Below, piece after piece: positions 43,449-52,876 of a DNA stretch of 64,000 nt. The stretch is from Victivallaceae bacterium (GTDB taxonomy: Bacteria > Verrucomicrobiota > Lentisphaeria > Victivallales > Victivallaceae), in the NCBI GenBank assembly GCA_028718375.1, contig JAQULZ010000001.1, positions 5,383 through 69,382 of the forward strand. Direction: 5' to 3'. The notes beneath the pieces are model-generated. The model was not told where the DNA came from, did not search any database, and saw nothing but the letters and a program-made list of their open reading frames with translations. Both the position numbers and the translations under genes were made by a program. Position 1 is the stretch's first letter; each line of letters begins with the position of its first letter.

Positions 43449-44438
43449 TTATAATTCCAATTGTTTATTAATTATTTCCCAGCGTTCCTCGGAAATCTGC
43501 GAGCCCATCACCTGGATCACCTCCGCAGCCGCGATCGTCCCGAATTCACCGCACCTGGACAAAGGACAGCCATTTACCCACCCGTGCAGAAAACCCGCCG
43601 CCCACAAATCGCCCGCGGCAGTGGTATCGACCACTTCCACTTCTTTGGCCGGCACGGTATAAATCCCGGATTCATCCTGCAAATAACAGCCTGCCGGACC
43701 GAGCTTGAGCGCCGTAATCGGGCAGAACCGCGCCAGTGCCGCAGCCTGTTCAGCCGGCTCCGGTGAACCGGAAAATTCCGCAGCTTCAGCTTCATTCGCA
43801 AAGACGACATCCACATACTCCTTCAGCAGCTGCGCCAGCCGGTCGCGTTTCAGCCGCACCAGTTCGAAAGTCGCCAGGTCGAGGCTGATCGTACAGCCGC
43901 AGGCCTTGGCGGTAGCGAGTATTTTTTCGGTCACGCCGTCGAGGAACAGCAGATAGCCTTCGACATGGACGTGATCGATTTGTTCGAAATCCGCTTCTGA
44001 AATATCCGCCGGCGACAATGACGAGGCAATTCCCAGATCGGTGCGCATCGTTCGTTCCGAATCCGGAGTGATCATGCTCAGACAGCGCCCGGTAACACCG
44101 CCTTCAATAACCCGGAAGGATTTATCGGAACCGCCGACTTCGACCAGTTTGCTGCGGTAAAAATTTCCGGCGGCATCATTCCCGAGCTTGCCCAGGAATG
44201 CGGTCGAGTCCTCCAGTTTCGCCAACCCGAAAATAGTATTGCCGGCCGATCCCCCCGGAGCAAGCAGCGGCGTCCCCGGCAGTTTCGCCAGCAATACGTC
44301 CATTTCTTCGGAGCTGATCAACACCATCCCGCCTTTTTCCGCGCCGACAGCTTCCAGAAACGGGGTATCAACCTGCACCAGAAAATCCACAATCGGGGAG
44401 CCGATGCCCAATATCCTTTCCGAACAAATCATTTTCAC
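43449..44438 (-). CDS. PfkB-family nucleoside (adenosine-type) kinase
   Basis: GGSAGNT near the N-terminus and DTTAAGDLWAAGFL (the PfkB DTxGAGD-type motif). Positioned between metK and ahcY. Confidence 0.7.
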   Translation of the reverse strand: MKMICSERILGIGSPIVDFLVQVDTPFLEAVGAEKGGMVLISSEEMDVLLAKLPGTPLLAPGGSAGNTIFGLAKLEDSTAFLGKLGNDAAGNFYRSKLVEVGGSDKSFRVIEGGVTGRCLSMITPDSERTMRTDLGIASSLSPADISEADFEQIDHVHVEGYLLFLDGVTEKILATAKACGCTISLDLATFELVRLKRDRLAQLLKEYVDVVFANEAEAAEFSGSPEPAEQAAALARFCPITALKLGPAGCYLQDESGIYTVPAKEVEVVDTTAAGDLWAAGFLHGWVNGCPLSRCGEFGTIAAAEVIQVMGSQISEERWEIINKQLEL

Positions 44439-44456
44439 TCCCCCCGCAAATTTGAA

Positions 44457-45653
44457 TTACCGGTATTTTTCAGCGGCCTTTTTCAGAATGTCGACCTTAT
44501 CGGTTTTTTCCCACGGAAAATGTTCCCGGCCGAAATGCCCGTAAGCCGCGGTGTCCAGGTAAGTCCAGCCATTGGCCTGCGGATATTTGAGCTGCAGGGT
44601 CTCGATAATGCCGGACGGCCTCAGATCAAACACCTCGCGAACGAGTTTTTCCAGGAAGGTGTCTTTAGTTAATTTTCCCGTCCCGTAAGTATCGATGTTG
44701 ATGCTGAGCGGCTCGGCCACGCCAATGGCGTAAGCGACCTGGATTTCGCATTTTTCGGCGAGTTCGGCCGCCACGATGTTTTTCGCAATATAACGGCACA
44801 TGTAAGCCGCGGAGCGGTCAACTTTCGACGGATCTTTGCCGGAAAACGCGCCGCCGCCGTGTGAACCGACGCCGCCGTAGGTGTCAACGATGATTTTGCG
44901 GCCGGTCAGTCCGGTGTCGCCGTTCGGCCCGCCGATTTCAAACCGGCCGGTCGGATTGACATAATATTTGACGTCCCCCTGCATCAGCTTCGCGGGGATG
45001 ACTTCTCTGGCAACCTCCTTCACCAAATTCTCAAGTTGCTCGATACGCATTTCCGGAGTGTGCTGATGGGAGACGACGATGGTTTCGACGTTTACCGGGC
45101 GGCCTTTATCGTAACGGATCGAAACCTGGCTTTTCGAATCCGGCCGCAGAAAGGAATACTGTTCCGGCATTTCCTTGCGGCGGCGCGCCAGTTCGGCTAC
45201 GATCTTATGGGAATAGATAATCGGAGCGGGCATCAGCTCTTCGGTTTCATTGCTGGCAAAACCGAACATCATGCCCTGATCCCCGGCGCCCTGATCCAGA
45301 AACAGGCCTTCGCCTTCGGTTACTCCTTGAGAAATATCCGCCGACTGTTTATGGATACAGATCATCACCTTGCACGAATCGGCACAGAATCCGATGTCGG
45401 AATGGGTATAACCGATCCGTTCCACCGTCTTGCGGGCGACGGCTTCCCAGTTGACTTTGCTTCTGGTGGTTATTTCACCGGAAATGACGATCAAGTCGGT
45501 AGTAGTCAAAGTTTCACAGGCAACCCGGCTTTCCGGATCATCCTTCAGGCAGGCGTCCAGAACGGCGTCCGAAATCTGGTCGCAGACTTTATCCGGATGA
45601 CCTTCCGATACGGATTCGGAAGTGAATACGTGGGGGGCGTTAATTTTACTCAC
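44457..45653 (-). CDS. metK: S-adenosylmethionine synthetase
   Basis: [25 protein letters not shown]...[12 protein letters not shown]...[22 protein letters not shown] start with AAGGAG RBS. Confidence 0.95.
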   Translation of the reverse strand: MSKINAPHVFTSESVSEGHPDKVCDQISDAVLDACLKDDPESRVACETLTTTDLIVISGEITTRSKVNWEAVARKTVERIGYTHSDIGFCADSCKVMICIHKQSADISQGVTEGEGLFLDQGAGDQGMMFGFASNETEELMPAPIIYSHKIVAELARRRKEMPEQYSFLRPDSKSQVSIRYDKGRPVNVETIVVSHQHTPEMRIEQLENLVKEVAREVIPAKLMQGDVKYYVNPTGRFEIGGPNGDTGLTGRKIIVDTYGGVGSHGGGAFSGKDPSKVDRSAAYMCRYIAKNIVAAELAEKCEIQVAYAIGVAEPLSINIDTYGTGKLTKDTFLEKLVREVFDLRPSGIIETLQLKYPQANGWTYLDTAAYGHFGREHFPWEKTDKVDILKKAAEKYR

Positions 45654-45702
45654 GGTAATGCTCCTTCTAATTTTTTTTAATCCCGAATAAATAGCAGGGT
45701 CA

Positions 45703-45731
45703 AAAATACATCGTTAAACGGCGTATTGCAA
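45703..45731 (-). promoter_or_regulatory. Putative sigma70-type promoter of the metK operon
   Basis: Minus strand: TTGCAA (45726-45731), 17-nt spacer, TATTTT (complement of 45703-45708). This leaves only a ~40-nt leader. Confidence 0.4.
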
Positions 45732-45781
45732 CCGAAGACAAAATAAAAAAACGTAAAAATAAAATCGCCTTGGCCGAAATG

Positions 45782-46981
45782 TCAATTGGTTCTGATTTGT
45801 TCCAGGTAAGCTTCGTAAAACGGCCGGACGCGGCTTAATTTTTCACCGGGAGCGCTTTCGTGATAAGTTCCGCCAAGGGTAAAACAGGCGAAACCGCCCG
45901 AGGCGCAGGCCCAGGCGCAGGCATCCTGAATATCCAGTTCCCCGGCTTTCCCGCCGGCGAGCAGTTGTTTAACCACTGCGGCCAGCGCTCCGCCCGCAAA
46001 ATTATCGCCGCAGCCGGTGGTATCGCCGCGTTTTTCGGGATGCGCTTCCAGTTCCGCGCTCACGGCGGCGCAGATCGGGAATCCCGTCAGCGGCTGTTCC
46101 CGGAAGAACTCGCCGTTCGACCAGACAAAGAAGTTATGGGCGCCGTGGGTAATGATAAAGGACTTCACTCCCAAGTCGATGAAGAATTGCGAGGCGTCAA
46201 CAAAATCCGCTTTGCCGCTTATTTTCAGCGCCTCATCCCAGTCGACAATCAGCAAATCAATCAGTTGGAAAGCTTCGTCGCTCTCGCCTAACGGCCAACG
46301 CCGGCCCGGATGATTCTTCTCATTGCGGAAATCGAACACCGTGGTAACGATATTAATGCAGTTGTTCGCCTTGCCGCGCTTCAGCATCGCGGCCAGATTA
46401 TCGTGCAGGCCGGGCACCAGGGCAGTCGCTCCGAAAAACAGCACTTCGGCATTGAAAAAATCATCCGCCACCAACTCCGGAGTATAATCCCAACAGGCTC
46501 CGATATTGTTGATGAAGGTGCGCTCGCCCTTGCCGTCATGATAACGGGGGTCGGAAAGCACGCGGGTATACGGAGAAGTTCCGGAACGGCGGAGATAATG
46601 GTCAATATTTACCGGCGTTCTGCGGACTATTTCCAGGATGCGGTCGGCAGTGTCATCCTGCCCCAACGCACCGTAAAAATCAAATTCGGCCCTGGAATCA
46701 TAGAGCAGTTGAGCCGCATTGATGACCGCGACGATGGCCGGCCCGCCGAGATTGAAACCGTCGAACTCCTTACCGGCGGTTAATTCGTCCAGAATCAAAG
46801 GGAAAGCCTTGCCGGCGAATTTTTCCAGATCATCGACAAAAACCAGCTGCCCCGGATTAAGTCCTCCATCTCCTTCTTTACGGGACCGATATTTTTTAAA
46901 GGAAACGCTGTTGAAATCAATTCCCGTATATAAATAATCGGCAAGCGAACAACCGGTCGCGGAAACTTTTAACTGGTGCAT
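45782..46981 (-). CDS. PfkB-family carbohydrate kinase (long form, substrate unknown)
   Basis: C-terminal DTTGCGDNFAGGAL (PfkB signature 2). 399 aa with N-terminal extension. Confidence 0.65.
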   Translation of the reverse strand: MHQLKVSATGCSLADYLYTGIDFNSVSFKKYRSRKEGDGGLNPGQLVFVDDLEKFAGKAFPLILDELTAGKEFDGFNLGGPAIVAVINAAQLLYDSRAEFDFYGALGQDDTADRILEIVRRTPVNIDHYLRRSGTSPYTRVLSDPRYHDGKGERTFINNIGACWDYTPELVADDFFNAEVLFFGATALVPGLHDNLAAMLKRGKANNCINIVTTVFDFRNEKNHPGRRWPLGESDEAFQLIDLLIVDWDEALKISGKADFVDASQFFIDLGVKSFIITHGAHNFFVWSNGEFFREQPLTGFPICAAVSAELEAHPEKRGDTTGCGDNFAGGALAAVVKQLLAGGKAGELDIQDACAWACASGGFACFTLGGTYHESAPGEKLSRVRPFYEAYLEQIRTN

Positions 46982-47225
46982 TTTTTCATGGTTCTCCCGG
47001 CTTTTTTTAATAATTGTGAAAACAGCACCGGAAAAGTAATCGTTAAATCCCCGTTTGTCAACGGGCGATTGCCGATTATCAGACGTTACCCGCTGATCCG
47101 CCGGAAGTCCGGGCGGGTATATTCGGTTTTTTATGCAATCCGGGTTTTGATTTATTTAATAACGGACTATATTTAAAATTAACTTTGCCGAAAACCCCAA
47201 TCAGTGAAAAAGGAAAGCGCCTGAA

Positions 47226-48515
47226 GTGAAAGAAGTCAAAATCGGAATTATCGGGTTCGGAACGGTCGGCGCCGGCGTGGCGGCTAACCTGCTGCAGAAC
47301 GGCGAAACCATCGCCAGGCGTACCGGCGTAAAGTTGACGCTCGCCAAAATCGCCGACCTGGATATAACCACCGACCGCGGGATAATCGTTCCCCCGGCAA
47401 TTTTGACCACCGACTCAGCTGCCCTGATCAACGAAGTCGATGTAGTAGTCGAATTGGTCGGCGGCACCACCGCGGCAAAAGCTCTCATCATTCAGGCGCT
47501 GCAAGCGGGAAAACCTTGCGTCACCGCCAACAAGGCCCTGCTGGCGGAACATGGAGAAGAAATTTTTGCCGCGGCGGCAGATTCCAAAGCGGACGTGTAT
47601 TATGAAGCCAGCGTGGCCGGCGGCATTCCGGTAATTAAAGCCTTGCGTGAAGGTCTGGTCGCCAATCGCATCAAACGGATTTACGGAATAATGAACGGCA
47701 CCTGCAATTATATTCTGACCCGCATGGAACATGAAGGGCTGAATTTTGAAACTATTCTCAAAGACGCCCAGGAACTCGGCTACGCCGAAGCCGAACCGTC
47801 ACTGGACATCGACGGTTTCGACACCGCCCACAAGGCGAGCATTTTGGCCGCCCTGGCTTACGGGGAATGGTTCGGCATGAAAGCCATCCACGTGGAAGGA
47901 ATCAGGGATATTTCCCTGCTGGATATAAAATTCGCGGGCGAACTCGGCTACCGGGTCAAACTCCTGGCCATCATCAAGCAGATCGAACACGACGTGCAAA
48001 TCCGCGTTCACCCGACCCTGATCGCAAAAGATACGATGCTCGCCAACATTTCCGAAGTTTTCAACGGCGTCATGATCGACGGCGAACCGGTCGGCGAAAC
48101 TCTTTTTTACGGGCGCGGCGCCGGGCGCGACGCCACCGCCAGCGCGGTAGTGGCCGATTTAGTCGATGTGGCCCTGAACCTGAAATATCATGCGGCCGGG
48201 CGCGTCCCGGTATTCCGGCCGGGGCCGCAGTTCAACGCGCTGACCGGAATGGACGAGATCAAATCCCGCTATTACCTGCGGCTGCAAGTTAAAGACGAAG
48301 CCGGAGTCGTAGCCCAAATAGCCGCCATTCTCGGTCAACAGCGGATCAGTATTTCGAGTTTCATTCAGCGCGAAGCGCATTCCGAAGCGAACGTACCGCT
48401 GCTGATCCTGACCCATGAAGCCCAGGAAAAGCAAATCAAAGCCGCGATCGCCGATTTCGAACGGCTTCCGGTAGTCAGCGGTAAAGTCAAATTAATCAGA
48501 ATCGAGGATATTTAA
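47226..48515 (+). CDS. hom: Homoserine dehydrogenase
   Basis: VKIGIIGFGTVGAGV (NAD fold), ...ANKAL..., EASVAGGIP, GI.NGT.NYIL..M, LGYAE.DP..D..G.D...K, and a C-terminal ACT domain. Confidence 0.92.
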   Translation: MKEVKIGIIGFGTVGAGVAANLLQNGETIARRTGVKLTLAKIADLDITTDRGIIVPPAILTTDSAALINEVDVVVELVGGTTAAKALIIQALQAGKPCVTANKALLAEHGEEIFAAAADSKADVYYEASVAGGIPVIKALREGLVANRIKRIYGIMNGTCNYILTRMEHEGLNFETILKDAQELGYAEAEPSLDIDGFDTAHKASILAALAYGEWFGMKAIHVEGIRDISLLDIKFAGELGYRVKLLAIIKQIEHDVQIRVHPTLIAKDTMLANISEVFNGVMIDGEPVGETLFYGRGAGRDATASAVVADLVDVALNLKYHAAGRVPVFRPGPQFNALTGMDEIKSRYYLRLQVKDEAGVVAQIAAILGQQRISISSFIQREAHSEANVPLLILTHEAQEKQIKAAIADFERLPVVSGKVKLIRIEDI

Positions 48516-48517
48516 TC

Positions 48518-49948
48518 ATGCCCGGGCAACATACAGTCGAAAAAATCGGCGGAACTTCCATGAGTGATTTCGGCAAGATTATGGATAATGTGATCATCGC
48601 CGGCCGTTCCGGGAAAGCGCTGTATAACCGTATTTTCGTGGTTTCCGCCTACGGCGGCGTCACCGACCTGCTGCTGGAAAACAAAAAAACCGGCGAAGCC
48701 GGGGTCTATGCCAGATTTGCCAGAGGCGGCAGCCAATGGGAAGCCAAACTCGAAGAAACCCGGCAGGTGATGATTCAATACAACCGTTCTTTTGCCGCCA
48801 TCGGTCTGGATCAGGAACTGGCGGACAATTTTGTCAACGAGCGCATCACCGGGATCAAAGCCTGTCTCAACGACCTGATGCGGCTGCGTTCGTTCGGCCA
48901 TTTCGATCCCAAGGACTATCTGCCGGCAACCCGGGAATTCCTAAGCGCAGCCGGCGAAGCTCACAGCGCCTTCAACTCCGCCGAAATCCTGAAGACCCGC
49001 GGGATCAATGCGGTATTCGTCGATCTTACCGGCTGGAAAGAAACCCAGTCTCATCCGATGGACCGGGCTATCAGTCTGGCGTTTAAAGACCTGAATTTTG
49101 CGGCCTGCATGCCGATCGTAACCGGCTATGTGAAATGTACGGAAGGCATCATGAACCACTTTAACCGCGGCTACAGTGAAATCACCTTCAGCAAACTGGC
49201 GGTGCTGACCGATGCCCGGGAAGGGATCATTCACAAGGAATATCACCTCTGCACCGCCGATCCGAAACTGGTCGGCGTGGACAAAGTCAAGGTCATCGGC
49301 AACACCAATTTCGATATTGCCGACCAGCTTTCGGACATGGACATGGAAGCCATCCATTCCAAAGCCGCCAAACTCATGGAAATGAAAAACATTTCGATCC
49401 GGATCAAAAACGCCTTCGACCCGGAACATCCGGGCACTTTGATCAGCCGTGATTTCGTCTCCGATCATCCCCGGGTGGATATGATCTGCGGCCGCCGGGA
49501 CATCATCGCCATTGAAGTCTTCGATCCGGAAATGGTCGGCGTCAGCGGTTACGATTACCGGCTGCTGAAAAGTTTCGCCGACTGCAATATCAATATCATC
49601 GCCAAAAACACCAACGCCAATACCATCACCCATTACATTTCCGAAAAGAACCCGGAACTGGATAAATGCGTGGCCGGACTGGAAAAAACATTCCCCGCCG
49701 CCAAAATCTCCCTTTACCAGGTGGCGATTGTCGCGGTGATCGGCAGCAATATGAACATCCCCGGTTTTCTGTCGCGCGCGGCGGGCGCCTTGTTCCATCA
49801 GAACATCAACGTCCTGGCCCTGACCCAGTGCATGCGGCAGGTCAACATGCAGTTCATCATCGACCGCAGCCGTTTTGACGAAGCCCAAATCGCGCTGCAC
49901 CGGGAATTTGTCGAACTCGACGACCCCGACAAAAGTCGCCGTTATTGA
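48518..49948 (+). CDS. lysC: Aspartate kinase (monofunctional)
   Basis: N-terminal VEKIGGTSM (KFGGTS-type motif), amino-acid-kinase fold, and C-terminal tandem ACT-type region (VAIVAVIGSNMNIPGFLSRAAGALFHQNINVLAL). Only 2 nt after hom. Confidence 0.82.
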   Translation: MPGQHTVEKIGGTSMSDFGKIMDNVIIAGRSGKALYNRIFVVSAYGGVTDLLLENKKTGEAGVYARFARGGSQWEAKLEETRQVMIQYNRSFAAIGLDQELADNFVNERITGIKACLNDLMRLRSFGHFDPKDYLPATREFLSAAGEAHSAFNSAEILKTRGINAVFVDLTGWKETQSHPMDRAISLAFKDLNFAACMPIVTGYVKCTEGIMNHFNRGYSEITFSKLAVLTDAREGIIHKEYHLCTADPKLVGVDKVKVIGNTNFDIADQLSDMDMEAIHSKAAKLMEMKNISIRIKNAFDPEHPGTLISRDFVSDHPRVDMICGRRDIIAIEVFDPEMVGVSGYDYRLLKSFADCNINIIAKNTNANTITHYISEKNPELDKCVAGLEKTFPAAKISLYQVAIVAVIGSNMNIPGFLSRAAGALFHQNINVLALTQCMRQVNMQFIIDRSRFDEAQIALHREFVELDDPDKSRRY

Positions 49949-49985
49949 AAAACCAGTGTTTTTCGTCCGGCTCGCCCGCTCAACA

Positions 49986-50114
49986 TCCGGAAAAAATACG
50001 CTCCGCTGATTTTTCCGGACATCGCTTAGCGAGAGCGGTACTTTCTCAGGCGCAACAAGTTGCGCTATTACTTCCGCTCGCTGGAGACGAGCGGCCAGCG
50101 CTTTCGGCCGCTGG
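49986..50114. other. Second cluster of consecutive GC-rich stem-loops, downstream of lysC
   Basis: TCCGGAAAAA..TTTTTCCGGA (49986-50019, 10-bp stem); GCGAGAGCGG (50029-50038) vs CCGCTCGC (50074-50081), enclosing GCGCAAC-AA-GTTGCGC (50050-50065); CCGCTCG-CTGGAGA-CGAGCGG (50074-50094); CCAGCG..CGCTGG (50095-50114). Confidence 0.55.
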
Positions 50115-50289
50115 ATCACCGACCAGAACAAGTTCCGGACTATGTCATTTTTTTACTTTCGCCGGCCCCGTCGAACTCGATCAGCCGGGCAAACAAAGCG
50201 GAAAATTGAAGATTTAACCTTGAACTTTGAAAGCCGCCCCGGGTTGGACCCGCAAGGGTCGCGTATCTCCATTTTCACGGAACGCGGTC

Positions 50290-50317
50290 TTGACATTGAG
50301 CGGTAGTACGCTATATT
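50290..50317 (+). promoter_or_regulatory. Near-consensus sigma70 promoter of the NTase-HEPN gene (predicts a leaderless mRNA)
   Basis: TTGACA (50290-50295), 16-nt spacer, TATATT (50312-50317). The ATG at 50325 lies only 7 nt after the -10 and has no Shine-Dalgarno. Confidence 0.5.
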
Positions 50318-50324
50318 GGCGGTT

Positions 50325-51212
50325 ATGAAAAAATCGCTGGCGCATCTTCCCCTGAATAAAAAACAGGAACTTAAACGGCTCAAGTCGATTATTCTGGCTG
50401 AAGAGCCGAAAACCGAATTCGTCATTCTGTTCGGCAGTCACGCCCGCGGCGACTGGGTGGACGACGAATACCAGGAAAACCATATCACTTACCGCTACCA
50501 GAGCGATTTCGATATTCTGGTGATTACCGAAGACAAAGGGTGCGCTACGCGGGAAGGTACGTGGATGCGAATTGAGAACAAGTATTACGGGATCTGCCGC
50601 GACCGCACGCCTATCGATATTATTCGCCACCATATCCGGGAGGTGAATGACAGACTCAGAGAGGGACATTATTTCTTTTCGGACATCAAGCAGGAAGGCA
50701 TATTGCTTTACAGCTCCGGCAAGTACCGGCTCGAAAGAAGACGCCGGATCGATCCGGCCCGGCGCCTGGAAATAGCGGTCGAGGATTTTGAACTGTGGTT
50801 TGAAAGCGCTAAGGAATTTTTTGATAATTTTAAAATGAATCTGAATCTTCAACGTTATAATAATGCAGCTTTTCAACTTCATCAGGCGACGGAACGTTTT
50901 TATGATGCGGCGCTGCTGGTCTGTACCGGATACTGTCCGAAACTTCACAATATCGAACGGCTGGGCCGGATGATTTCCCGGGTTTATCCGGAATTCCTGA
51001 AAATATTTCCCCAAAAGACGAAGCGGGAAAAAGACCTGTTCAAGCAGTTGAAAAAGGCTTATGTCGACGCCCGCTACAAAAAGGATTACCGCATTACACA
51101 GGACGAACTCGATCATCTGGTGAAACGGGTTGAGAAGCTGCGCGATTTAGTGGAGCGAACCTGCCGGAACAAAATAACCGAGTTGAAGCAAGCATTGCCG
51201 GGTTCATCCTGA
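50325..51212 (+). CDS. Fused minimal nucleotidyltransferase (MNT) + HEPN domain protein
   Basis: N-terminal NTase motifs FVILFGSHARGDW...SDFDILVI (GS-x..-D-x-D). The C-terminal helical HEPN-type domain (AAFQLHQATERFYDAALL...LKKAYVDARYKKDY) lacks the His of a canonical R-x4-6-H. Confidence 0.75.
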   Translation: MKKSLAHLPLNKKQELKRLKSIILAEEPKTEFVILFGSHARGDWVDDEYQENHITYRYQSDFDILVITEDKGCATREGTWMRIENKYYGICRDRTPIDIIRHHIREVNDRLREGHYFFSDIKQEGILLYSSGKYRLERRRRIDPARRLEIAVEDFELWFESAKEFFDNFKMNLNLQRYNNAAFQLHQATERFYDAALLVCTGYCPKLHNIERLGRMISRVYPEFLKIFPQKTKREKDLFKQLKKAYVDARYKKDYRITQDELDHLVKRVEKLRDLVERTCRNKITELKQALPGSS

Positions 51213-51309
51213 CAACTTTTCTCGCCTCCCCTGAGAAACAATATTATCGGTGCACAATACCCGCCCCGCTGCGGCGGGCTACGATGAAAAACCATCGTTG
51301 AGGTTTATT

Positions 51310-51469
51310 ATACTAATGAGCGATCAGTCATAGATAATGGCGATGGCGGATTTTGAGATGGATTTTGGTTATAAACCGCAGAGCGATACAGAGTATCGCG
51401 CGAGGATTTATGGCAAAAATCGGCTCAAAATAACCAGCGAAATGTCTATGAATGAGAGCGAATTGGTAT
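51310..51469. mobile_element. MITE-like 160-bp element, copy 2, abutting the rpsS stop codon
   Basis: Same element as 39975-40134, in the same orientation. Its last base (51469) is also the third base of the rpsS TAA stop on the minus strand. Confidence 0.7.
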
Positions 51470-51738
51470 TACTTACCGCTTACGACACCGTGTACTTTGA
51501 ACATGCGGGTAAGAGCGAATTCGCCGAGTTTATGGCCGACCATATTTTCCGTCACGAAAACCGTGGCGAAGGTTTTGCCGTTATGGACGTTGAACGTATG
51601 TCCGACAAAGTCCGGAACAATCATCGACCGCCGCGACCAGGTCTGAATCGGCTGCTTTCTGCCGCCGGCATTCATCTTCTCAACCTTGCGAAGCAGATGT
51701 TCATCCACAAAAGGACCTTTTTTAATTGATCTGGGCAT
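51469..51738 (-). CDS. rpsS: 30S ribosomal protein S19
   Basis: [23 protein letters not shown]...[39 protein letters not shown]. Confidence 0.95.
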   Translation of the reverse strand: MPRSIKKGPFVDEHLLRKVEKMNAGGRKQPIQTWSRRSMIVPDFVGHTFNVHNGKTFATVFVTENMVGHKLGEFALTRMFKVHGVVSGK

Positions 51739-52562
51739 TATTTTTTCCTCCGTTCAATAATGAATTTGCTGGATGACTTACGCGGATTACGGGTCTTCTT
51801 GCCTTTGGCCGGCTGTCCCCAGGGAGATTGCGGATGACCGCCGCTGGCCCGGCCCTCGCCGCCGCCCATCGGATGATCGACCGGGTTCATAGCCACTCCG
51901 CGAACATGCGGACGTTTGCCTGAATAACGTTTTTTGCCGGCTTTGCCCAGTTTGATCTTGGAATGATCCGGATTTCCGACCTGGCCGATGGTGGCGCGGC
52001 ATTCGATATTGATCAGCCGCACTTCACCGGAAGGAAGTTTCACGTGGGCATACTGCCCGTCCCGGGAACGCAACACCGCCACCTGACCGGCGGAACGGAC
52101 TAATTTCGCGCCCTGGTTGGCCTGCAGTTCAATATTATGAATATCCAGACCGAGCGGAATATCCTTTAACCGCAGACAATTACCGTTTTTCGGCTCGGCT
52201 TTCGGCCCGTTCATGACCGTGGCGCCGACAGCAAGCCCCAGCGGAGCCAGGATATAACGTTTCTCTCCGTCCACATAGGCCAGCAAAGCAATATTGGCGG
52301 TGCGGTTGGGATCATACTCAATACTCACGACTTTCGCCGGAATCCCTTCCTTGTCCCGCTTGAAATCAATTTCCCGCAGCCGCCGTTTGTGACCGCCGCC
52401 GCGGAACCGGGTCGTAATGCGCCCGGCGTTATTACGTCCGCCGGTGGACTTTTTGCCTCTGGTCAAACTCTTCAGAGGAGTATCAACCGTAATTTCGGCA
52501 AAATCCGAAACGCTCATGTGCCGTTTGCTCGGAGTCGTCGGATTATAATTTTTTATAGCCAT
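51738..52562 (-). CDS. rplB: 50S ribosomal protein L2
   Basis: [16 protein letters not shown]...[22 protein letters not shown]...[15 protein letters not shown]. Confidence 0.96.
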   Translation of the reverse strand: MAIKNYNPTTPSKRHMSVSDFAEITVDTPLKSLTRGKKSTGGRNNAGRITTRFRGGGHKRRLREIDFKRDKEGIPAKVVSIEYDPNRTANIALLAYVDGEKRYILAPLGLAVGATVMNGPKAEPKNGNCLRLKDIPLGLDIHNIELQANQGAKLVRSAGQVAVLRSRDGQYAHVKLPSGEVRLINIECRATIGQVGNPDHSKIKLGKAGKKRYSGKRPHVRGVAMNPVDHPMGGGEGRASGGHPQSPWGQPAKGKKTRNPRKSSSKFIIERRKK

Positions 52563-52583
52563 TTCTTACCTCAATTTTCTCGA

Positions 52584-52865
52584 TTAGAACAGGTTGATGC
52601 TGCCTTCCTTGAGGGTTACGACAGCTTTTTTCCAATTCGCCCGGCGGCCGATCTTCATCGTCCGGCCGGTGCGTTTGGGTTTACCGTTATAGTTCATCAC
52701 ATTGACTGACTTTACCTTCACTTCAAAAAGTGCTTCGACCGCCCGCCCTATCTCAATTTTCCCCGCCCGCGGGTCAACCTTGAAAACATATTTGTCCTGA
52801 GCCGCGGAATCATTGTTCTTTTCCGTGATCAGCGGGGTAATGATTATTTTGGATGCGTCTTTCAT
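52584..52865 (-). CDS. rplW: 50S ribosomal protein L23
   Basis: IITPLITEK...KYVFKVDPRA.K.EI..AVE.LF.VKV.SVN, in the conserved S10-operon position. Confidence 0.92.
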   Translation of the reverse strand: MKDASKIIITPLITEKNNDSAAQDKYVFKVDPRAGKIEIGRAVEALFEVKVKSVNVMNYNGKPKRTGRTMKIGRRANWKKAVVTLKEGSINLF

Positions 52866-52876
52866 CGCGGTACTCC

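Noticed and set aside
45654-45781. A SAM riboswitch upstream of metK, or a SAH riboswitch upstream of ahcY (43428-43448).
   Set aside because: The putative promoter leaves only a ~40-nt AT-rich leader before metK. The gap before ahcY is about 21 nt. Neither has room for, or the conserved helices of, these riboswitches.
47087-47132. A stem (TACCCGC...GCGGGTA, with an alternative CCGCCGG/CCGGGCGG pairing) plus a T-run in the hom leader, as an attenuator or riboswitch terminator.
   Set aside because: The T-run lies 7 nt from the stem end, which is not canonical for an intrinsic terminator. I recognise no lysine, threonine or T-box-type conserved elements.
51337-51729. A 130-aa ORF starting inside MITE copy 2, with the equivalent 46-aa ORF in copy 1 (about 40004-40144).
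   Set aside because: In copy 2 the ORF is long only because it reads antisense through rpsS. All three nucleotide differences between the copies are non-synonymous in this frame, and there is no RBS. It is more likely a non-coding repeat.
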